A stretch of DNA of 64,000 bases, taken from contig JBBIRR010000024.1 of assembly GCA_037441705.1 (NCBI GenBank), forward strand, positions 1 to 64,000, given 5' to 3'. The notes below the pieces were generated by a model, which saw only the letters and a program-made list of their open reading frames with translations, did no database searches and was not told the DNA's origin. Numbering within the stretch: the stretch's first letter is position 1; every line of letters starts with the position of its first letter. Below are positions 58,111 to 64,000 of this stretch, one piece after another. Position numbers and translations under genes: made by a program. This DNA is from Ignavibacteriales bacterium (GTDB lineage: Bacteria; Bacteroidota; Ignavibacteria; UBA10030; UBA6906).

Positions 58111-58674
58111 CTAACTCTTCACCCGCTCAATGTACTCCCCCGTACGCGTATCAATTTTGATCGTGTCTCCCTCGTTGATGAAGAGGGGAACATTCACCGT
58201 TGCTCCTGTTTCCACTTTTGCAGGCTTCGTGCCCGGATTGGCGCTGTCGCCTTTGACACCGGGGACGGTCTCTACCACCTGAAGCTCAACCGTGATGGGC
58301 AACTCTATTCCGGTGATTTCGTTGCCGTTCATCAGAATGTCGACAACAATACCGTCTTTCAGAAACGCGGCGCCGTCACCAATCTGCTCTTTTTGAACGG
58401 TGATCTGCTCGTACGTTTCCTGATCCATGAACACGTACCCGGTGGCGTCGTGATACAGGTACTGGAACTGTTTGCGCTCGATCCGCAAGATGTCAATTGA
58501 TTCGCCGGCGCGAAACCGGTTCTCGATCACCTTGCCGCTTTTGAGATTCTTCAGCTTCGTGCGGACAAACGCGCGCCAGTTCCCCGGATTGACGTGCTGG
58601 AATTCAATGATCGTCCACGGCTCGTTGTTGTATTTGATGACCAAACCCGGTCGGAAATCAGATGTCGAGGGCAT
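58111..58674 (-). CDS. efp: Elongation factor P
   Basis: [35 protein letters not shown]. Confidence 0.96.
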   Translation of the reverse strand: MPSTSDFRPGLVIKYNNEPWTIIEFQHVNPGNWRAFVRTKLKNLKSGKVIENRFRAGESIDILRIERKQFQYLYHDATGYVFMDQETYEQITVQKEQIGDGAAFLKDGIVVDILMNGNEITGIELPITVELQVVETVPGVKGDSANPGTKPAKVETGATVNVPLFINEGDTIKIDTRTGEYIERVKS

Positions 58675-58833
58675 ACGTCCTTTTCAAAAAATCGCTTGAA
58701 CCAAGAATGAACGTTAGAAGTTTCAATAGATTGGGTGAAAAATATACCCACATTGCCGTTGAAAGTCAAGAAAACCGGGGATGCACAAACCGAGCGCGTT
58801 GCTTCGCAGAGAAAGTTTTGCTACTCTGTTTGC

Positions 58834-59169
58834 GTGAAACGATTCTTGAAGCAGACAGCCGTTGTTCTGTTGGCGGCTCTCGTCACGGGATGTTCGAGGG
58901 GAAGCGAGCAGCGGGCCGTCCTAGACGACGAGCGGTTCGAAAAAATCTACATCGAACTCCTCGACTCCACGCAACAGATCCGTGCCGCGGCAGTGGACTC
59001 CGCTGCACATCCCATTGCACTGCGTGTTCTTTCCCGGCACGGAGCCACCGTCGAGCAGTTCAGAGCGACGATTGCTTACTACAACAACGACACGCAGCGT
59101 TGGAAAGACTTTTTCCTGCGTGTGATTCAGAGGTTGGAGAAACGTCGAAGCAACACGGCCAGTCAGTAG
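58834..59169 (+). CDS. DUF4296-like lipoprotein
   Basis: GTG start, LVTGC lipobox, helical body. Confidence 0.6.
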   Translation: MKRFLKQTAVVLLAALVTGCSRGSEQRAVLDDERFEKIYIELLDSTQQIRAAAVDSAAHPIALRVLSRHGATVEQFRATIAYYNNDTQRWKDFFLRVIQRLEKRRSNTASQ

Positions 59170-60182
59170 CGGCGCCTTCCGGGAGTCTTCGTCACTTCGC
59201 CCATCACCACAGGCTGCTCCTTCTGCACTCTCAGGAAGCGCATGACATCGTCCGCGTTCCGGCGGCTGACAATGATCACCAGCCCAATTCCCAGGTTAAA
59301 CGTGCGGCGCATGTCATCTTCCGAGACGTCGCCGAGAGATTGAATGAGGGAAAAGATGGGCGGACGTGCCCATGCCTTCCAATCAATTTCCACGTGCATG
59401 CCGCGCGGGATAATCCGCATCGTGTTTCCTTCAATGCCGCCGCCCGTAATGTGGGCAAGTCCGTGAACAGGAAATTTCTCGAGCAGTCGTATAATGACGC
59501 GCAGGTATGACCGGTGAACGGCAAGAAGGGCTTCGCCGAGTGTTGTGTTCAGCTCAGGCACATGTTCCTCCAGCGCAAAGCGCTCGAGCAGTACCGCCCG
59601 TGCGAGCGAGTAGCCGTTTGTGTGGAGTCCGCTCGAAGGCAGGCCGATCAGGACATCGCCGACTCTGATTTTTCTTCCATCAATGATTTTCTTCTTTTCC
59701 ACCACGCCGACAATGGTTCCAGCAAGGTCGTACTCGCCCGGTTTGTAGAAGCCCGGCATCTCCGCCGTCTCGCCACCGATGAGTGAGCATTGGTTGAGCC
59801 GGCAGGCGTTCACGAACCCGTCTATCACCTGACGCGCTACGGCAAGGTCGAGCTTCCCGCATGCGAAGTAGTCCAGAAAAAAGAGCGGCTTGGCCCCGCA
59901 GACGAGAATGTCATTCACGCAATGGTTGACCAAATCCTGCCCCACGGTGTCATGTTTGTTCAGCTTTTGCGCAAGTATGAGCTTGGTACCTACACCATCG
60001 ACGCTCGAAACAAGCACGGGACTTCGGTATCCACGAAAATCGGCCTTGTAGAAGGCGCCGAACAGTCCTACCCCCCGAAGGACCGACCGGCTAAAAGTGG
60101 ATTTGACGGACTGCTTGATGTGGTCCACCAATTGTTCACCTTTTTGGATGTCGACGCCGGCGTCCGCATACGTCTGAGTCAA
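59163..60182 (-). CDS. purM: Phosphoribosylformylglycinamidine cyclo-ligase
   Basis: YADAGVDI, DGVGTK, GGETAEMPG, SSGLHTNG, HITGGG. Confidence 0.96.
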   Translation of the reverse strand: MTQTYADAGVDIQKGEQLVDHIKQSVKSTFSRSVLRGVGLFGAFYKADFRGYRSPVLVSSVDGVGTKLILAQKLNKHDTVGQDLVNHCVNDILVCGAKPLFFLDYFACGKLDLAVARQVIDGFVNACRLNQCSLIGGETAEMPGFYKPGEYDLAGTIVGVVEKKKIIDGRKIRVGDVLIGLPSSGLHTNGYSLARAVLLERFALEEHVPELNTTLGEALLAVHRSYLRVIIRLLEKFPVHGLAHITGGGIEGNTMRIIPRGMHVEIDWKAWARPPIFSLIQSLGDVSEDDMRRTFNLGIGLVIIVSRRNADDVMRFLRVQKEQPVVMGEVTKTPGRRRY

Positions 60183-60316
60183 CTTACACCTCGCAGAAGA
60201 GAAACGTTATGAGTGGCTGATGCGCGAGGAACTTACACAAAAATCGCGAAGATTTCCCTTGAAAAATGCCATTGCCCTCATTATATTCTTACGCAAGTTG
60301 TTACGACTACGCTTGA

Positions 60317-60973
60317 ATGGCACTGGTTGAGTTTCGGGACTCACAGAGGAAAGTTCATGTTGGAAAAATCTTTTGCGTCGGACGGAACTACGCTGCTCAC
60401 GCAAAAGAGATGCGCGCTGCAACCCCCGAAGCGCCCGTAATTTTCTTGAAGCCGCCAACAGCACTCCTGCACAACGGCGGCAAGATTGTTCTTCCCCCGT
60501 TCTCACAAGAGCTGCATTACGAAGTGGAGATGGTCGTGCTGATAGGGCGAGAAGGAAAGAACATTCCGACCACCAACGCACGAGCGTATGTGGGTGGTTA
60601 CGGCGTCGGGTTGGATATGACGCTGCGCGATGTGCAGACGGAAGCGAAACAAAAAGGGTTGCCGTGGAGCATCGCGAAAGGATTCGATACCTCCGCTCCG
60701 GTTTCCTCATTCGTTGAACCCGAGTGCGTTCCTGACCCGCATGCACTCGACATTTCCTTGAAGGTCAACGGCGCCATTCGGCAACATGCCAACACGCGCG
60801 AGATGATTTTTTCGATTGAAGAGATTGTGGCCTTCATCTCTTCGATCTTCACGATAGAAGCAGGAGATCTCATTTTCACCGGTACGCCCGAGGGAGTGGG
60901 ACGGGTCGTCTCGGGCGACCGGCTCGAAGCTGCACTCGAGTCCGTCGGTACATTGCAGGTCAGCGTACAATAA
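60317..60973 (+). CDS. Fumarylacetoacetate hydrolase family protein
   Basis: CVGRNYAAH, HYEVE, DMTLRD, TGTPEGVG. Confidence 0.93.
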   Translation: MALVEFRDSQRKVHVGKIFCVGRNYAAHAKEMRAATPEAPVIFLKPPTALLHNGGKIVLPPFSQELHYEVEMVVLIGREGKNIPTTNARAYVGGYGVGLDMTLRDVQTEAKQKGLPWSIAKGFDTSAPVSSFVEPECVPDPHALDISLKVNGAIRQHANTREMIFSIEEIVAFISSIFTIEAGDLIFTGTPEGVGRVVSGDRLEAALESVGTLQVSVQ

Positions 60974-61001
60974 TCCCCTCACGATCTGTTACGAGACTGT
61001 T

Positions 61002-61823
61002 ATGGCACACACCATCGCAATCGCAATCCCCAAAGGCGGCGTCGGCAAGACCACAACCGCGATCAACCTGGCTGCAAGTTTAGCGCTGTGCGACCATCGA
61101 ACGCTTCTCATCGATCTCGATACGTCCGGCGCGGCAGGATTAGGGTTGGGGTTCACAGAGGCAAACACACGCGCGGGCGTCTTCGAAGTGTTCAATTTCA
61201 TTGCGGGCCTCAATCACACGGTGCACAAGACGGAGATTCCGAACTTGCATGTGGTGCCGGCAAACGTGCATACGCTTCTGCGCGAAGAACGGCTGATGAA
61301 ACTTGCCGACAATCGCTTGATTCTGAAAAACGCCCTGCGCACTGTGGATAAGGACTATGATTTTGTGATTGTGGATTGTCCTCCGTTTCTGCGGGGCCTC
61401 ACGACCAACGCCTTAACCGCTTCCGATTCCGTCATCATTCCCGTCAAGTCCGGACATTTCGCGCTCGACGCCGTTGACAAGTTCTTCAAGTATATCGACT
61501 GGGTGCGGGAGGTGGCCAACAAGCTTATCCAGATCGAAGGCATCCTCCTGACGATGCACGAATCAAACTCGAAAGTCACGGACATCACCACGCGCGAGCT
61601 TCATGCGAAGTACCGCAAGCATGTGTTCGAAACTGTCATCCCGCGCAGCGCTGCGCTCTCTGAGGCAAGCTTCTACGGCAAACCCGCACTGTTGTACGAC
61701 ATCAATTCCCTCGGCGCGCAGGCGTATCTTGAGCTGGCTCGGGAGATCAGCGGGCGAACGACCGTCCAACCGCTCGCGCCACAAACTCCCGACAAGATCG
61801 TTCACTTCAGTCAACAGGCCTGA
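61002..61823 (+). CDS. ParA-family ATPase
   Basis: KGGVGKTT, VDCPP, LSEA. Confidence 0.9.
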   Translation: MAHTIAIAIPKGGVGKTTTAINLAASLALCDHRTLLIDLDTSGAAGLGLGFTEANTRAGVFEVFNFIAGLNHTVHKTEIPNLHVVPANVHTLLREERLMKLADNRLILKNALRTVDKDYDFVIVDCPPFLRGLTTNALTASDSVIIPVKSGHFALDAVDKFFKYIDWVREVANKLIQIEGILLTMHESNSKVTDITTRELHAKYRKHVFETVIPRSAALSEASFYGKPALLYDINSLGAQAYLELAREISGRTTVQPLAPQTPDKIVHFSQQA

Positions 61824-61994
61824 TGGCAGAGCGCCGCAAACGTCGCTGCGGCGCTTTCCGCTCGTTTCTGTCCATCCGCATCGCGTTGATTCTCACTCGT
61901 CGAAGGCGTACATTGAGTTCAGTCGTGTGAGGATCTGCGTCTTCCTCTTGCGTCAAGACCTTTCTATCTCACTGTGGTATCGTCGGAGAAGTAC

Positions 61995-64000
61995 GTGAAC
62001 GAGTTCAGCACATCCACCCTAACAAAAGTCTATTCTCCCGCGGAAGTGGAGAAAAAGTGGTACGAGTACTGGGAGCGCAACCGGCTGTTCCATGCGCGCG
62101 TCAATCCTGAAAAGAAGCCTTACACCATCGTCATTCCGCCGCCCAACGTGACGGGCGTCCTGCACATGGGACACATCTTGAACAACACGCTGCAGGACGT
62201 CTTCATTCGCTACAAGCGGATGAAAGGATTCGAGGCATGCTGGATTCCGGGAACCGACCACGCAGGAATTGCGACCCAAAACGTCGTCGAGAAATCGCTG
62301 ATGAAGGAAGGCAAGACCCGTCACGATTTGGGGCGAGAGAAGTTCATCGAGCGAGTGTGGGAATGGAAACGGCAGTACGGCGGCGTCATTATCAAACAAC
62401 TCCGTACCCTCGGCTGCTCGTGCGATTGGGAGCGCGAGCGCTTTACGATGGATGAAAGTCTGTCTACAGCAGTCCGCGAAGTGTTTGTCCGACTCTACGA
62501 CGATGGCTTGATTTATCGGGGTAACTACATCGTCAACTGGTGTCCGAAGGATCATACGGCCATCAGCGATGATGAAGTGAACTACTCGGATCAGACGGGA
62601 AAACTCTACTACATAAAATATCCGATTGCCGGAACATCCGACGCTGCAATCGTTGCCACGACGCGACCCGAAACCATGTTCGGCGACGTTGCTGTTGCCG
62701 TCAACCCCACCGATGAACGTTATGCTCACCTCATCGGGAAAATGGTGACGCTGCCGCTCGCCAACAAACCGATTCCCATCATCGCCGATGAGTACGTGGA
62801 CAAGGAGTTCGGGACGGGCATGGTGAAAATCACCCCCGCTCACGATCCCAACGATTACTGGGTCGGGCAACGACACAACTTGCCCCAGCCGATCGTGATG
62901 GACATTTCCGCGCGGATGAACGACAACGTGCCGCCGAAGTACCGGGGGCTTGATCGCTACGAGGCACGTAAGCTCGCTCTGGCGGATCTCGATGCCCAAG
63001 GGTTGCTGGTGAAGACGGAGGATCATACGTATGCGGTCGGACGATGCTACCGCTGCGAAACCGTCATCGAGCCGTATCTCTCGGATCAGTGGTTCGTCCG
63101 CATGAAGCCGTTGGCTGAACCTGCGCTGAAGGTTGTGCTGGACGGAACGATCAAGTTCTACCCGAATCGGTGGGTCAAGGTGTACGAACATTGGATGACG
63201 AATGTCCGCGACTGGTGCATCTCGCGCCAGCTCTGGTGGGGACACCGCATCCCCGTCTACTATACCGCCGACGGACGATTCACTGCGGCGCGCTCAGAGC
63301 AGGAAGCGCGCCTGCGCCTGGGCGTCCAGCCCGACGACCCCCTTCGTCAGGACGAAGACGTGCTGGACACGTGGTTCTCGTCGTGGCTCTGGCCGTTCTC
63401 GGTTCACGACTGGCCGCAGCACGAAGCGACAGGCAAGGCACAGGACCTTGCGTACTTCTACCCTACCGATACGTTGGTGACCGCGCCGGAGATCATTTTC
63501 TTCTGGGTCGCGCGCATGATCATGTCGGGCCTGCGCTTTGCTCCGAGCTTCACCGGCACACATGAACCGTCGAAGAATATTCCCTTCCGCGATGTGTACT
63601 TCACAAGCATTGTGCGTGACGCGAAGGGCCGCAAGATGTCCAAGTCGCTCGGCAATTCTCCCGAACCGCTCGACCTCATCGCCGAGTATGGCGCCGATGC
63701 CGTGCGTTTCACGATTCTGTTCCTCGCCCCGCTCGGACAGGATATTATCTATGCAAAAGAGAAAAACGAAATCGGTCGGAACTTCGCAAACAAAATCTGG
63801 AACGCCGGGCGGTTCCTGCTGATGAATCGGGACCAGCTGGGCGAAGCGCCAAAGACGGCGGAGTTCAATACGGATCACCTTGACCTTGCCGACCGCTGGA
63901 TTCTCTCTCGCTTCCATTCCACGCTGCTCGATGTCGAGGACGCGATGGAGAACTACGAGATCAACAAGGTCACCAAAGTGATCTACGATTACTTCTGGCA
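61995..64000 (+). CDS. valS: Valine--tRNA ligase, 3' end runs off the window
   Basis: GTG start; PPPNVTGVLHMGH, DHAGIATQ, WCISRQLWWGH, KMSKSLGN. Confidence 0.97.
   Translation, partial: MNEFSTSTLTKVYSPAEVEKKWYEYWERNRLFHARVNPEKKPYTIVIPPPNVTGVLHMGHILNNTLQDVFIRYKRMKGFEACWIPGTDHAGIATQNVVEKSLMKEGKTRHDLGREKFIERVWEWKRQYGGVIIKQLRTLGCSCDWERERFTMDESLSTAVREVFVRLYDDGLIYRGNYIVNWCPKDHTAISDDEVNYSDQTGKLYYIKYPIAGTSDAAIVATTRPETMFGDVAVAVNPTDERYAHLIGKMVTLPLANKPIPIIADEYVDKEFGTGMVKITPAHDPNDYWVGQRHNLPQPIVMDISARMNDNVPPKYRGLDRYEARKLALADLDAQGLLVKTEDHTYAVGRCYRCETVIEPYLSDQWFVRMKPLAEPALKVVLDGTIKFYPNRWVKVYEHWMTNVRDWCISRQLWWGHRIPVYYTADGRFTAARSEQEARLRLGVQPDDPLRQDEDVLDTWFSSWLWPFSVHDWPQHEATGKAQDLAYFYPTDTLVTAPEIIFFWVARMIMSGLRFAPSFTGTHEPSKNIPFRDVYFTSIVRDAKGRKMSKSLGNSPEPLDLIAEYGADAVRFTILFLAPLGQDIIYAKEKNEIGRNFANKIWNAGRFLLMNRDQLGEAPKTAEFNTDHLDLADRWILSRFHSTLLDVEDAMENYEINKVTKVIYDYFW

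Noticed and set aside
62019-63917. Minus-strand ORFs of 408 and 207 aa
   Set aside because: Shadows of valS.
1-64000. tRNA, rRNA, CRISPR, integrase or prophage genes
   Set aside because: None recognised by eye; a covariance-model scan would be needed to exclude small RNAs.

Overview
A 64 kb chromosomal segment, most likely from an Ignavibacteria/Chlorobi-like member of the Bacteroidota group. This is inferred from several T9SS C-terminal domains (PNPFNP motif, usually YPNPFNP) together with GGAGG Shine-Dalgarno sites and TTGAnn-17-TAnnnT sigma70-type promoters. The window holds secreted BNR/YCF48/FG-GAP proteins and a eukaryote-like tryptophan/kynurenine catabolic operon (kynA, SDR, ALDH, RidA-like deaminase, 3HAO, ACMSD, kynU, kmo, apaG, Nudix) with a DinB polymerase embedded in it. 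It also holds three toxin-antitoxin loci, two sigma/zf-HC2 anti-sigma pairs (one highly atypical), a short Rho lacking its N-terminal bundle, and a repeat-flanked GxxExxY pseudogene. Further along are a heme-motif histidine kinase/NtrC/archaemetzincin operon, a Trp-attenuated trpB2, and housekeeping genes (pheA, gcvH, accBC, efp, purM, parA, valS). The best novelty candidate is absent from the ORF track: a self-contained ~190-nt structured transcript (promoter, hairpins, terminator) encoding the 12-aa peptide MKINIGASRKAC at the end of the kynurenine operon. Several indels and internal stops could be real decay or assembly error. All family calls come from motif recognition, not database searches.
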